This document shows positions 47,741 to 58,184 of a stretch of 64,000 nt of DNA, piece after piece (position 1 is the first letter of the stretch; every line of letters begins with the position of its first letter). The position numbers were made by a program, and so were the translations under genes. The notes under the pieces are model-generated. The model was not told the origin of the DNA, ran no database searches, and saw only the letters and a list, made by a program, of their open reading frames with translations. Source of the stretch: an uncultured virus (IMG/VR IMGVR_UViG_3300044633_000491) (lineage: Duplodnaviria; Heunggongvirae; Uroviricota; Caudoviricetes); IMG/VR virus record IMGVR_UViG_3300044633_000491, positions 1 to 64,000 of that record. One strand, 5' to 3'.

Positions 47741-49288
47741 ATGCCATACATTATAACAACAACAGCAGGTGCAACGCTAACAACTGTAGCAGACGACGTC
47801 GTTAACACCACAAGTACTAGCCTAAGTTTAATTGGTAAAAACTATGCTGGCTATGGTATATTCTTAAATGAAAATTTTGTAAGTCTATTAGAAAACTTTA
47901 ATAACAGTACTGCACCTGCAGCACCTTTAACTGGACAATTATGGTTTGACAACTCTGGCGGCATATTAAAGTTTTACACAGGGGTTGTATGGAAACCGAT
48001 CAGCACCAGTGCAGCCAGTGCAACTGAACCAAATAACCCTATAGTGGGTGATTTATGGTGGAATACTCTAACATCACAGCTTAATGTTCGTGGTCCTAGT
48101 AATTGGGTGGTGATCGGACCGGCATTTACTTCGATAGCAGGAACATCAGGCGCCATTATAGAAACCATTTTAGATACTGTTTTATTAAGTCATGTTGTGG
48201 TTAACTTTTACATTAGTAATACCGTAGTTTCTATTCTAAGCAAAGACTCGTCGTTTACTCCTCAAGTACCAATACCAGGATTTCCTACAATTAATCCCGG
48301 ATTAAATTTAATATCAAGTTCGGTGCTGCCATCCAGTCAATTCTGGGGTAATTCTGTCAGCGCAGGTAGCGTAAGCGGAGTTAGCTTGACTAACTTCCTT
48401 AGATCAGATCAGGCTTCTACTAACGGTAGTAATACATTGACCGTGGGCAAACTTCAAGCAAATGCACATTTGCTTATTGATCCTACTCCAGCTGACGTAC
48501 AGATTTATAGCAATAGTCCTGGTACATCTAAAGATATTGGAATATATGTCAACAGAGGCGGTACTCCGACATTAACTCAACGCTCAATTGCCACCACTGG
48601 CGGCACACAGTTTTATGCAAACTTAACTACAGTAAATGTAAATCCAACCAGCGACAACGTAAGTGTAATTGGCAGTGGGACTACAAGATATGCAAATGTG
48701 CATAGCGTATCATTTACTGGAACAAACTTTTTCGGTACTGTGGGCACATTAACTACATTAGGTGTAAGTGGTGTAACTACAGTTAACAGTGGTAATAATG
48801 TTACTGCTATTGTCAACGGTGGTACCAGCGGGATTGGTAATATCGGAACAGCGGCTAAGCCGTTTAACACAATTTTTGCTAGATCAACTTCGGCACAATA
48901 CGCTGACTTGGCAGAACGTTTTGAAACTGACAGTCCTTTAATGCCAGGAACTGTGGTTGAACTTGGCGGTGCTAAAGAAATTACGCAAGCAGTTCAAGAA
49001 CTAAGTGAAGAAGTGTTTGGTGTTATAAGTACATTACCAGGCTTCTTATTAAACGGTAATGCAGGAACAGATATAACTCATCCTCCGATTGCAGTTAATG
49101 GTCGAGTACCAGTGAGAGTAATAGGTACTTGTAGGAAAGGTGATCGATTAGTCAGCGCCGGCCGTGGTGTAGCACGTGCAGCTCAGAGAAGTGAACTTAC
49201 TGCATTTAATGTAATTGGCCGCGCACTACAAGATAAAATTACCAACGAAGAAGGGTTGGTAGAAGCAATAGTTAAATTAAACAGTTAA
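47741..49288 (+). CDS. Tail fibre-like protein, paralogue 3, with an intramolecular-chaperone-like C-terminus
   Basis: Same N-terminal domain; C-terminal ADLAERF..GTVV..GVIST..GRVPVRVIG..KGDRLV..IGRAL. Confidence 0.75.
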   Translation: MPYIITTTAGATLTTVADDVVNTTSTSLSLIGKNYAGYGIFLNENFVSLLENFNNSTAPAAPLTGQLWFDNSGGILKFYTGVVWKPISTSAASATEPNNPIVGDLWWNTLTSQLNVRGPSNWVVIGPAFTSIAGTSGAIIETILDTVLLSHVVVNFYISNTVVSILSKDSSFTPQVPIPGFPTINPGLNLISSSVLPSSQFWGNSVSAGSVSGVSLTNFLRSDQASTNGSNTLTVGKLQANAHLLIDPTPADVQIYSNSPGTSKDIGIYVNRGGTPTLTQRSIATTGGTQFYANLTTVNVNPTSDNVSVIGSGTTRYANVHSVSFTGTNFFGTVGTLTTLGVSGVTTVNSGNNVTAIVNGGTSGIGNIGTAAKPFNTIFARSTSAQYADLAERFETDSPLMPGTVVELGGAKEITQAVQELSEEVFGVISTLPGFLLNGNAGTDITHPPIAVNGRVPVRVIGTCRKGDRLVSAGRGVARAAQRSELTAFNVIGRALQDKITNEEGLVEAIVKLNS

Positions 49289-49297
49289 GGAACTAAG

Positions 49298-50215
49298 ATG
49301 GCATACTCACAAGGTGGACTGATTGAAGCAACGGATTATAACAATCTTATCAACGGTTCCAATCAATTAAACACAGTATGGGGTGTAGGCAACGGAGACG
49401 CGGGCTACGGACAAACTGCCATTGGCACAGTGGTAGCTGGAACTACAGTAACAGCTACACAGTGGGCAACATTGATTAATACCTTAAACAGTGCTAGAAA
49501 TCATCAGAGTGGAGTAGGGTCCGGTATTAGTGCTGTTACAGCTGGCCAGACTATTAACCACTTAAACACCTTACAAACAGAAATTAACACAGCATTTACT
49601 AACCGAGGATTGCGTAATGCAACGGGCAGCACAACCACAGGCACAACTGATACAACCAATCCAACAGCAGGTGCTACATCAGCATTTAGTTATTTTAGAG
49701 ACACCAACGTAACATTTAGCAGTGCTAACGCTGCTCGCTACTTCTTCAACGCTGGCGGGCAGATTAACTTTGTATGCAGTGCTACAGACAATGCTGGCAC
49801 TAGTCGCAGTCAAACACTCAGGGATATGATAAATCAAGTTGGCGGCTTAAGTGCATTCCGTAATACTACCAATACTGGTCGCACTGGTACTGGTGGTACT
49901 ATAGTTACTAATAACACCAGCTTTGGTTACAGAAATTTAACAGCCAGTGCCCAAAATGTAGTTGACAATGATATTAGTGGCACATACTCAGCACACGATG
50001 TTAAATTACAATTATTCTCAAACGGTATAGATACAACCGACGGCTCAAACGGCGCATCAGTTGTGTTTAGGCTGTTAGCAACCGCAGCCGCAGATGATAG
50101 TTTTGGTGGTGGTATTAATATCTCTCTGTCAGTCAGAGCAGACATAGTGTTTCCATCAACTGCACACCTGACTAATGTGTGGGGCACACCTACAATCTCA
50201 TTCGACGGTGCATAA
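49298..50215 (+). CDS. Thr/Gly/Asn-rich virion structural protein
   Basis: GYGQ, TVTATQW and ARYFFNAGG motifs; last gene of the tail operon. Confidence 0.6.
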   Translation: MAYSQGGLIEATDYNNLINGSNQLNTVWGVGNGDAGYGQTAIGTVVAGTTVTATQWATLINTLNSARNHQSGVGSGISAVTAGQTINHLNTLQTEINTAFTNRGLRNATGSTTTGTTDTTNPTAGATSAFSYFRDTNVTFSSANAARYFFNAGGQINFVCSATDNAGTSRSQTLRDMINQVGGLSAFRNTTNTGRTGTGGTIVTNNTSFGYRNLTASAQNVVDNDISGTYSAHDVKLQLFSNGIDTTDGSNGASVVFRLLATAAADDSFGGGINISLSVRADIVFPSTAHLTNVWGTPTISFDGA

Positions 50216-50221
50216 AATCTA

Positions 50222-50251
50222 TTGACATACTATAGTAATATGTGTTATAAT
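50222..50251 (+). promoter_or_regulatory. Consensus sigma70 promoter with extended -10
   Basis: TTGACA (50222-50227), 18-nt spacer, TGnTATAAT (-10 at 50246-50251). Confidence 0.8.
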
Positions 50252-50282
50252 AAAGGTAAGTTTTTTCCGCTTACCTTTTTTT
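50252..50282 (+). terminator. Intrinsic terminator of the tail operon, overlapping the predicted transcription start
   Basis: AAAGGTAAG-(9 nt)-CTTACCTTT followed by a T run. Confidence 0.7.
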
Positions 50283-50298
50283 ACGGCTATATACTTAT

Positions 50299-50613
50299 AT
50301 GACAGAATTAGATCAACTAACCAAACAAATACGTCAAGCAACTGACTACCAAACTAACAAGCAGATCCTGCGTGAAAAAATTCAAGCAGATTTACATTTT
50401 GCCTATAACGGAGGATTGTTCAAAACTTCGCCAGAACTAATTGGATTTATCAATGCCTGGGATAGTGAAACATTGTATTTAGAAGATACCTACGAAAATC
50501 CAATTGAAATCAATCGAGACGAATTTTTATCTTTGTGCCGGCAACAATACCAACAGGTAATGAACACTTGGCATATAGAACATGAAGAACTTAAACGTGC
50601 CCGCAAAGTCTAG
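50299..50613 (+). CDS. Hypothetical protein
   Basis: 104-aa ORF, first gene of an overlapping operon. Confidence 0.75.
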   Translation: MTELDQLTKQIRQATDYQTNKQILREKIQADLHFAYNGGLFKTSPELIGFINAWDSETLYLEDTYENPIEINRDEFLSLCRQQYQQVMNTWHIEHEELKRARKV

Positions 50614-51391
50614 AGGTGTTATATTATTTGCCTTTAATACTGCGGCAGTTGACTATGTGGCAATTGCAGATCAATCAGCGCGGCTTATACATCACACGCT
50701 AAATTTGCCTGTGACGCTGATAACTGACAAAGAAACAACTACTGAACACATTGATCAAACATTTGTAGTTGAAAACAATATAAACAATGTTCGCAAAGGT
50801 TATGCTAATTTAACAGCTTGGCGCAATGGCAATAGATACCAAGCATACGAACTAAGTCCTTATGATGAAACCTTACTCATTGACAGCGACTACCTAATGT
50901 TAGATCAGTCATTGTTAAAGTTGCTTGACTTAACTCAAGATTACCAAATTATGGGCAGTAATAAATTTCTCAAAGCAGTGTCGCCTACTCTGATGTCCGC
51001 TACCAGCATACCACAGGTATGGGCCACTGCGGTACTATTCAAAAAGACCTTAAAGTCTCAACTGTTATTTGCCCTAGTAGGAAGAATACAGCGCAATTAT
51101 GATTACTATAGACGACTATACAACATAACTGCTACTAACTTTCGCAATGATTTTGCCTTTGCCATAGCCAACAACATTATCAACGGCTACGCACAAGACA
51201 ACTTAATACCTTGGGCTATGCTGACCGCAGAAAATCCCGTAGTCAATATAGAAACAACAACAAATGGATTAATAGTTAGAGAAGAGTCGCAGGCATATCT
51301 AATACCTCGTCAGAATCTACACATCATTGATAAAGATTATCTAACATCACCTAAGTTTGAACTATTTGTAGACAGTCTATGCCAAGAATAA
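50582..51391 (+). CDS. Glycosyltransferase-like protein (GT-A fold)
   Basis: SPYDETLLIDSDY DxD motif, WATAVLF, RNDFAF. Confidence 0.7.
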   Translation: MKNLNVPAKSRGVILFAFNTAAVDYVAIADQSARLIHHTLNLPVTLITDKETTTEHIDQTFVVENNINNVRKGYANLTAWRNGNRYQAYELSPYDETLLIDSDYLMLDQSLLKLLDLTQDYQIMGSNKFLKAVSPTLMSATSIPQVWATAVLFKKTLKSQLLFALVGRIQRNYDYYRRLYNITATNFRNDFAFAIANNIINGYAQDNLIPWAMLTAENPVVNIETTTNGLIVREESQAYLIPRQNLHIIDKDYLTSPKFELFVDSLCQE

Positions 51392-52239
51392 CATCACACC
51401 AAGAACAGCAGGGATTTTTAACTATTGCTCAGAACACAGTAGATACTGACTATCTAAAGTTAGCCTATGTTCAAGCCATGAGCATTAAACTTGTAATGCC
51501 GCAGAGCAAATATGCAGTATTAGTTGATCACAATACTTTAGCGAGCGTAACTGAACAACATAGACGAGTATTTGACTATGTTATCACTATTGACAATGAC
51601 ATGGCTGCCGACGAAACTTGGAAACTCAGTAATGAGTGGCAGGTGTTTGAACTAACTCCATTCAAAGAAACTATTAAATTAGAAAGTGATATTGTGTTTA
51701 CTCGTAGTATCGAGCATTGGTGGACAGCGTTCAGACTGCGTGACATAGTGTTAAGCACCGGCTGTAGAGATTATCGAGGTCAGTTGAGCACAGCAAGAGA
51801 CTATCGTCGAGTATTTGATGATAACCAACTGCCTGATGTATACAATGGTCTAATGTATTTTAGATACACAAGAACAGCTACGCAGTTTTTTAACATAGCT
51901 CAACAGATATATGCTAATTGGGATTATGTCAGTCAACAACTTTTAAAGAATTGTAGAGACCCGAGCCCAACCACTGACGTGGTCTATGCACTATCAGCAA
52001 AGATATTGGGAGTACAGTTATGCACGTTGCCTTCGGCAGACTTTATTAACTTTACTCATATGAAGCCTGCTATTAATGCATGGTCTATTCGACCTTGGTG
52101 TGAACAGGTAGTATGTGAAACTGACCTACCTATGTTGCGCATAGCCAATCAAAATCAATATCACCCAGTACACTATCATGACAAGACATGGGTTACTGAT
52201 GACATTGTTAAGGAGTATGAGCATGAATTCTTTAGATGA
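51379..52239 (+). CDS. Glycosyltransferase-like protein (GT-A fold, paralogue)
   Basis: TPFKETIKLESD (ExD variant), VYNGLMYF, TDVVYA, FTHMK, HYHDK. Confidence 0.65.
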   Translation: MPRITSHQEQQGFLTIAQNTVDTDYLKLAYVQAMSIKLVMPQSKYAVLVDHNTLASVTEQHRRVFDYVITIDNDMAADETWKLSNEWQVFELTPFKETIKLESDIVFTRSIEHWWTAFRLRDIVLSTGCRDYRGQLSTARDYRRVFDDNQLPDVYNGLMYFRYTRTATQFFNIAQQIYANWDYVSQQLLKNCRDPSPTTDVVYALSAKILGVQLCTLPSADFINFTHMKPAINAWSIRPWCEQVVCETDLPMLRIANQNQYHPVHYHDKTWVTDDIVKEYEHEFFR

Positions 52240-52570
52240 ATTAATTAAGGCATTTAGTTTAATAGAAGAAATAGTTGAAGAGCCATTTGAATACAGAATA
52301 CATTATGACGACGCTGGTAATATTACCATGTGCACCATGCAGGATCATCCTGTAGAAACTGATTATATTGTAGTGACTAAAGAAGAATATGATAACTACT
52401 ATCAATACACTGTAGTCGACGCTAAACTTAAAAAGATTGACAGGAATCCAGGATATAATGTACAATTAATTAAGAGCAATAGTGGATATCGAGTGGTAAA
52501 GAACCACGCCGGCCTTATTGTAGAAGGCAACGAAATCTATGAGAATATAGAATACTATGCCGCTAATTGA
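52223..52570 (+). CDS. Hypothetical protein; 3' end overlaps the HNH insertion
   Basis: AAGGAG SD 7 nt before ATG 52223. Confidence 0.7.
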   Translation: MNSLDELIKAFSLIEEIVEEPFEYRIHYDDAGNITMCTMQDHPVETDYIVVTKEEYDNYYQYTVVDAKLKKIDRNPGYNVQLIKSNSGYRVVKNHAGLIVEGNEIYENIEYYAAN

Positions 52571-53232
52571 CGGCGTTTTTCTTGAGCCAATTTAACTCCG
52601 GCCGAAATCCTTGCTTTTGTTTCGTCTGATACTCCGCGAGTTCTATTAGATTCTGCAATTTTTGCTTTAGATTCAGCTGTGTGTTGTGGTCCAGAAATTT
52701 TACCTTTCTTATGTGATGGCCGACCTTTTAGTGTATTTGATATTTTAGCTTTGTTTTCTTCTGACATTGGCCCTTTTAATTTTCCTTTTAATCTTGCAGC
52801 TATATTAGCCGCATGTTCTGCGGTTTTCTTTTTACCCTTGCTTGCTGATGACATTTTTGCTTTAGTCTCGGCAGATAAAGGAATACCTATACAGCGGAGT
52901 GTTAATAGTATAGCATATTCTTTTTTGATTTGGTTATACAACCTAGAATTTATATATCGTTGTTGATATAATCTGCTGCGTTTCATTCCTATTGCGGCAT
53001 GTATCATTTTTTTGTATGCTGTACCCGATGTCATTTTTGGCAACAACATATGACATATAAAATGCTCACGTCCAGTTAATTTAACTAAATTGGCGCTACT
53101 ATTGTTGCCGCCTAGGGATTTAGGAATAATATGATGTTTTTCGATATAAACATCTTCTAATAACTCTCTTGACTTTGCTTTATTAATGATGTTATAATAT
53201 ATGTTAGTGTATTTGTTGTTTATAAATATCAT
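52555..53232 (-). mobile_element. HNH homing endonuclease gene with NUMOD3-type repeats, inserted antisense in the operon
   Basis: EKHHIIPKSLGGNN...NLVKLTGREHFICH HNH motif; SAETKAKMS and HTAESKAKI repeats; opposite orientation to both neighbours. Confidence 0.88.
53221..53228 (+). promoter_or_regulatory. Late promoter TATAAATA inside the first codons of the HNH gene
   Basis: Exact consensus 19 nt upstream of ATG 53248, with AGGA SD in between. Confidence 0.6.
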
Positions 53233-53247
53233 ACAGGACCTTTAAAA

Positions 53248-54150
53248 ATGACTACTATTGTAGATGTGGCAGATTTATCAACTATTTATCTAAGTTATGA
53301 CGAGCCGAGAAAAGAAGAGTTTTGGATTAAGATTCAAAACATGGTTCCGTGGGCTAAACGTGTAGATGGGGTTAAGGGCAGTGATGCCGCGCACAAAGCC
53401 GCAGCGTCAGCCAGTGATACCGATCGCTTTGTGTTAATCGACGGAGATAACATACCAGACCCTGCCTTCTTTAATCTTCAGTTGGTATTGGATAACATAT
53501 CCAGTAATAAAGTTTTTCGGTGGCGAGCCAAGAATCAAATAAACGGACTACAGTACGGTAACGGTGGACTAAGCTGCTGGACTAAAGAGTTTATAGAAAA
53601 TATGCAGACACATGAAGCCAGCGATGGCAGTGCGGCTAACGATGTAGAGTTTTGCTTCTATCCTAATTATTGGGCAATGAGTGATTGCTACAGTACAACA
53701 TACCCTAACGCTACACCATTTCAAGCATGGCGAGCAGGATTCCGCGAAGGCGTTAAGATGTGTTTAGATCGTGGAGCAAAGCCCCCAATGGAAGAATTTG
53801 AGCGACGTGTACATAGTCGTAACTATGATAACTTATGTATTTGGCAAACCGTCGGAGCAGATGTTGAGAATGGATTTTGGGCTATACTCGGAGCACGTCA
53901 AGGTACGTATCTAACAATGTTAGAAGATCAATGGGACTACAAACAAGTACAAAATTTTGATGCGCTTGAAAAACTATGGAATGAATACGAAAGTATCAAT
54001 GAACCCATAGATCACTGTAACCACTTAGGTGATGTATTACGTACTCGTTTAGGGTTGCCTATTGTAGACATGAATCCAGATGAAAGCAAGTTCTTTAAAC
54101 ATCATTATAAAAGTAACTTTAAGAATCAAGGCATAATGGTGCGTGAATAA
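53248..54150 (+). CDS. Glycosyltransferase-like protein (GT-A fold)
   Basis: LSYDEP, VDGVKG..AAHKAAA, FVLIDGDN DxD motif, YGNGG, AWRAGFREGVK. Confidence 0.7.
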   Translation: MTTIVDVADLSTIYLSYDEPRKEEFWIKIQNMVPWAKRVDGVKGSDAAHKAAASASDTDRFVLIDGDNIPDPAFFNLQLVLDNISSNKVFRWRAKNQINGLQYGNGGLSCWTKEFIENMQTHEASDGSAANDVEFCFYPNYWAMSDCYSTTYPNATPFQAWRAGFREGVKMCLDRGAKPPMEEFERRVHSRNYDNLCIWQTVGADVENGFWAILGARQGTYLTMLEDQWDYKQVQNFDALEKLWNEYESINEPIDHCNHLGDVLRTRLGLPIVDMNPDESKFFKHHYKSNFKNQGIMVRE

Positions 54151-55096
54151 ATACACATTAGAATTAGAAAATGACCAATTATTAAATATAATTCCACTGG
54201 TTAAATTCTTAAAAGATCACGAAGGAAAAGATATATCTTTATCTGTAAATCAAGAATCGCATTGCCTTGAACATTGCAGAGTTTACGAGTTGCTTGATCT
54301 GTTTAATTTTAAGTCGGTAGTAATATATACGCAAAACTCTATTGAACAGCACAAGAAATATATTATAGTATCGCGAGCAAGATTTTATTGGCTTCGCAAA
54401 GCAAAACTAGAAGCAGACCTAACAAAAAATTATGTATGGGATCAAACAAAAGTGTTTGGGTGCTTTTATGGCAGACCGTCTGCTGTTAGATTAGGTATAG
54501 CAGGTTATCTAACTAAAAATTATTTAGAAAAGTCATTAATAAAAATTAAATTTGATACAACACACGAAGATTTAAGAAAACAATTTGAAATGACTAAAAT
54601 ATTTTCTTGGGATGTTAACAGTTTAAATAACATAGACTTATTATTATCTACTATACAGTTATCTACAGATTATGCATATAATTTACAGTCGGGTGAATAT
54701 GATTACACCCATACTCTATCTAACGATTATAGAAGTATTTTTGTTGACATCATAAGTGAGCCTAACAATATAGGAAATAGCTTTTATCCGTCTGAAAAGT
54801 TTGCTCGTGCGGTGCTTTGTAAAAAACCTTTTATCGTTATGGCTCCAAAACATTATTTAAAATATCTTAAACAAATGGGATTTAAAACATTTAACAATTG
54901 GTGGAGTGAATCATACGATGATTTAGAAGTTAAGGATAGATATTTTGCTATACTACAGTTAATAGATCAAATAGCTTTATTAACAATAAATCAATTGGAA
55001 GAACTAAATTCTGAGATGTCGTCTGTCACAGAGCACAACTATCAATTATTGATTAGCGGTAATTATAGTGAAATTATAAAACCAATTAATGAATAA
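54143..55096 (+). CDS. Putative glycosyltransferase-related protein, paralogue A
   Basis: C-terminal FVDIISE...SEK..R.....KPF.......L..MGFKTF..WW.E.YD module, reminiscent of a GT10-like C-terminal domain. Confidence 0.5.
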   Translation: MNKYTLELENDQLLNIIPLVKFLKDHEGKDISLSVNQESHCLEHCRVYELLDLFNFKSVVIYTQNSIEQHKKYIIVSRARFYWLRKAKLEADLTKNYVWDQTKVFGCFYGRPSAVRLGIAGYLTKNYLEKSLIKIKFDTTHEDLRKQFEMTKIFSWDVNSLNNIDLLLSTIQLSTDYAYNLQSGEYDYTHTLSNDYRSIFVDIISEPNNIGNSFYPSEKFARAVLCKKPFIVMAPKHYLKYLKQMGFKTFNNWWSESYDDLEVKDRYFAILQLIDQIALLTINQLEELNSEMSSVTEHNYQLLISGNYSEIIKPINE

Positions 55097-55937
55097 ACCT
55101 ATATTACCGTTTGTTGAAACTATGATTACACAGGTATGTAATTTAAGTTGTCACGGCTGCACTAACTACAGTGACCTACAACATGAAGGTTATGTTTCGT
55201 GGACGCAGGGCAAACAGGAATTAGAAGCATGGCTTACTCGAGTCGATATTTTAGATTTTGGTATATTGGGTGGTGAACCGCTAGTTAATCCAGAAGTGGA
55301 CAAATGGATTGTCGGCCTACGAGAATTGATGCCCAATGCACAGATACGTTTTACTACTAACGGTATCAAGTTGGATAAAAAGTTTCATCTGATTCAATTA
55401 CTGCACGATATCGGTAACTGCGTGATTAAGATTGGCGTACACGTAACCGATCCTAAATTAGAAGCAACTATACAACGCATATATGACAGTTATGATTGGG
55501 AACCAGTTACTGAATACGGTATAGACAGACATATTACAGGCGACCGTGTACGCTTTCATGTTAAACGACCGGACACGTTCTATAAAACATATCAGAGCAC
55601 TTATGCTGATATGAAACCACATAATAGTAATCCTGCAGAAGCGTTTGCTATTTGCTGTCAACAAACCTGTCCACTATTATATCAAGGCAAGCTGCATAAA
55701 TGTAGTACTGCTGGGCTAATAAAAGAAACATTAGCTAAAGTGGGCAATCCTAACATGGATCTGTGGGAGCCAGTTATTGATCATGGTATAGGAACCGATT
55801 GTAGTGATACGGAATTAGAGAGATTTTTGGATAACTTCGGCAAACCTAATGACATTTGCCGCCAATGTCCCACCTTAGCGGATACCAATGCTAAAATTAT
55901 TCATATTGACAATGTATCAACAAAAAAGATTAAATGA
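55089..55937 (+). CDS. Radical SAM protein with a C-terminal Cys cluster
   Basis: CNLSCHGC, GGEP, TTNG; C-terminal C..KC..CRQC. Confidence 0.9.
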   Translation: MNKPILPFVETMITQVCNLSCHGCTNYSDLQHEGYVSWTQGKQELEAWLTRVDILDFGILGGEPLVNPEVDKWIVGLRELMPNAQIRFTTNGIKLDKKFHLIQLLHDIGNCVIKIGVHVTDPKLEATIQRIYDSYDWEPVTEYGIDRHITGDRVRFHVKRPDTFYKTYQSTYADMKPHNSNPAEAFAICCQQTCPLLYQGKLHKCSTAGLIKETLAKVGNPNMDLWEPVIDHGIGTDCSDTELERFLDNFGKPNDICRQCPTLADTNAKIIHIDNVSTKKIK

Positions 55938-56959
55938 ATATAAGCATACAAACATTGGATAGAAAGATTTGGCGCAAAGATTTACTAGTAGATGCGTTAC
56001 GTCAATGCTACAGCACAAATCAGCCAATTCTATTAGATTTTAGCCCAGAGGGATCTTGCGCAGAAGCGTTGGGATTATACAAACTATTGGATGATTTCTG
56101 TCATCGATCAGGGTATAGCAAGCAACTTATTACAATTAAAACAGCTAATATGCTTGAGCATCATGCTGAATATAATATTATTAAAGATGTTAGCTGCTGG
56201 TATGAAGTAGCTAAAATTAAAAAATGGCTGATAGGCAAGACTTTAGATATCCGCTATACCCCAACTAAACATTTTGCTAATTTTTCTAGTAGAAGTAATT
56301 GGTATAGATTATGGATTGCAACTATATTAGACAAATATTATGCTGATAAAACGCTACAAACATATCATTATGATCCGCTGAGAGAAAATTTTAATGGTAA
56401 CGGTTATGTTGGATTAGATGATTTAATAAATTATAAATGTGACATTGTAACTGACGCTGTGGAATTTATTAAAACTTGTCCGCGCACCTTAGATATAGAA
56501 TATTTACAAAATTTAGATAATTGTAAAGATAGCATATTTCAACATGAAAATAGTTATTATCCAATACAACACCCATCAAATTTAAATTTGTTGCAATATT
56601 ATAATGATATATTTGTTGATGTTGTATGTGAACCAAATGTTAGTGGTAATTGTTTTCTAGTAACGGAAAAACTATGGAGATGCATTGTCGCACGTCGTCC
56701 ATTTATAGTAATGTCAAATCCTAATTACCTTGCTAATCTACATAAATTAGGATTTAAAACATTCAACGACTACTGGTCCGAGGAATATGATTATTATAGG
56801 CAAACAAACCGCATACATAAAATTGAATCATTATTAGCTAGTATTGTAACAATGGATACCGGTGAATCATTGACTAAAATGAAAGATCTATTAGATCATA
56901 ATTATAATGTATTCATGATGTTGAATCAGTTTAAACTTCGAGGGGCATTTATTCGATGA
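55934..56959 (+). CDS. Putative glycosyltransferase-related protein, paralogue B
   Basis: FVDVVCE...TEKLWR.....RPF...LGFKTF.DYW.E.YD. Confidence 0.5.
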   Translation: MNISIQTLDRKIWRKDLLVDALRQCYSTNQPILLDFSPEGSCAEALGLYKLLDDFCHRSGYSKQLITIKTANMLEHHAEYNIIKDVSCWYEVAKIKKWLIGKTLDIRYTPTKHFANFSSRSNWYRLWIATILDKYYADKTLQTYHYDPLRENFNGNGYVGLDDLINYKCDIVTDAVEFIKTCPRTLDIEYLQNLDNCKDSIFQHENSYYPIQHPSNLNLLQYYNDIFVDVVCEPNVSGNCFLVTEKLWRCIVARRPFIVMSNPNYLANLHKLGFKTFNDYWSEEYDYYRQTNRIHKIESLLASIVTMDTGESLTKMKDLLDHNYNVFMMLNQFKLRGAFIR

Positions 56960-58110
56960 AAATAACTGTGTGGGCACGCGACCCGTGGTGGGATCAATAT
57001 TACTACGGACTATTTAAAGATATGGCTGAAATTATGCCCGACAATAGCGAGATGCATTATATTATATACGATCCTATCTCACGTAATTTTGAAAAAATAA
57101 AAAAAACTACCTACACTGAAAAATTAGTAGGATTGATGATTATAGAAGAACTACAGTACGAATGTGACTACACTAGTAATCAATTCTCTCCCGCTGCGGC
57201 ACACATTATCGATTTATGTAATTTAAATCCCAATACACAGTTTATTATATTTACGGAAATTGAATATTTTAATAAAGAAGTTCCGGAGATCAGTAATCTC
57301 CGGATTGTGCCAGTGGGCACCGGCATAATGTTTGAGCATGCGCATCGTGATACAATAATCCCAGTAACTGAAAAGAATTTGTTATCTACTCAAACATTTG
57401 TGAGTTTAAATAGATCAGTTCGACCTAGTAGAGTTACATTACTAAGTTATCTATTAGGAACAAGCCTGGCGGACTGCGGATACCTTTCATTTAATTCAAT
57501 GGATTTAATTAAAGATCATTCTTCTTGGTTGAGTTATTGTCCGTGGGGTATACCGGATAAATACCGTCAGGAAATATTAGATGGTTTTGAATTATTAAAA
57601 GTTGGCCACGGGATTACCCAATCGATAACTGCTGTTGATAATCTCTATAATATACAGGCTTGCGATAATGTTACTAATTTTAATGAATTTTTGCGAAGTA
57701 TTTATAAAAATACATTTGTGGAAATTGTGTCAGAAACAACGTTTACTTTACCGGGTATATTAGTTACAGAAAAAACAAAAAATAGTATATACGGATATAA
57801 CTTTCCTATTTTTGTTGCTGGAAAAGGCATAGTTAATCATTTAAAAAATGATCTTGGATTAGATATGTTTGACGATATTATTGATCATAGTTACGATACT
57901 ATTGAAGATAATGTTACACGCATCACTACAGCTATAGATTCTAATAAACGACTGCTAACAGATTCTTCGTATATTAAGAGTTGCTGGCAAAATAATTTTG
58001 ATAGATTTACTAGTAACGTACACATATTACGTACCCAAATTGAAAAATTTTATCGGCAACGAGCATGGTCTAAATTAACTGATATATTGAGAGAATGTGG
58101 CTATAATTAA
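56956..58110 (+). CDS. Putative glycosyltransferase-related protein, paralogue C
   Basis: FVSLNR..RP.R and FVEIVSET...TEKT......FP...GLDMFDDIIDHSYD. Confidence 0.5.
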   Translation: MKITVWARDPWWDQYYYGLFKDMAEIMPDNSEMHYIIYDPISRNFEKIKKTTYTEKLVGLMIIEELQYECDYTSNQFSPAAAHIIDLCNLNPNTQFIIFTEIEYFNKEVPEISNLRIVPVGTGIMFEHAHRDTIIPVTEKNLLSTQTFVSLNRSVRPSRVTLLSYLLGTSLADCGYLSFNSMDLIKDHSSWLSYCPWGIPDKYRQEILDGFELLKVGHGITQSITAVDNLYNIQACDNVTNFNEFLRSIYKNTFVEIVSETTFTLPGILVTEKTKNSIYGYNFPIFVAGKGIVNHLKNDLGLDMFDDIIDHSYDTIEDNVTRITTAIDSNKRLLTDSSYIKSCWQNNFDRFTSNVHILRTQIEKFYRQRAWSKLTDILRECGYN

Positions 58111-58119
58111 AATATATGT

Positions 58120-58148
58120 TTGACCAATATACCGTTAGAATATATACT
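58120..58148 (+). promoter_or_regulatory. Sigma70-type promoter for the radical-SAM array
   Basis: TTGACC (58120-58125), 17-nt spacer, TATACT (58143-58148). Confidence 0.6.
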
Positions 58149-58184
58149 TAGTAATGTGGGCTCCAAATAAACAAATATAATATT

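Noticed and set aside
52555..53232. Intron-encoded endonuclease
   Set aside because: The gene is antisense and intergenic, with no room for intron structure on either side.
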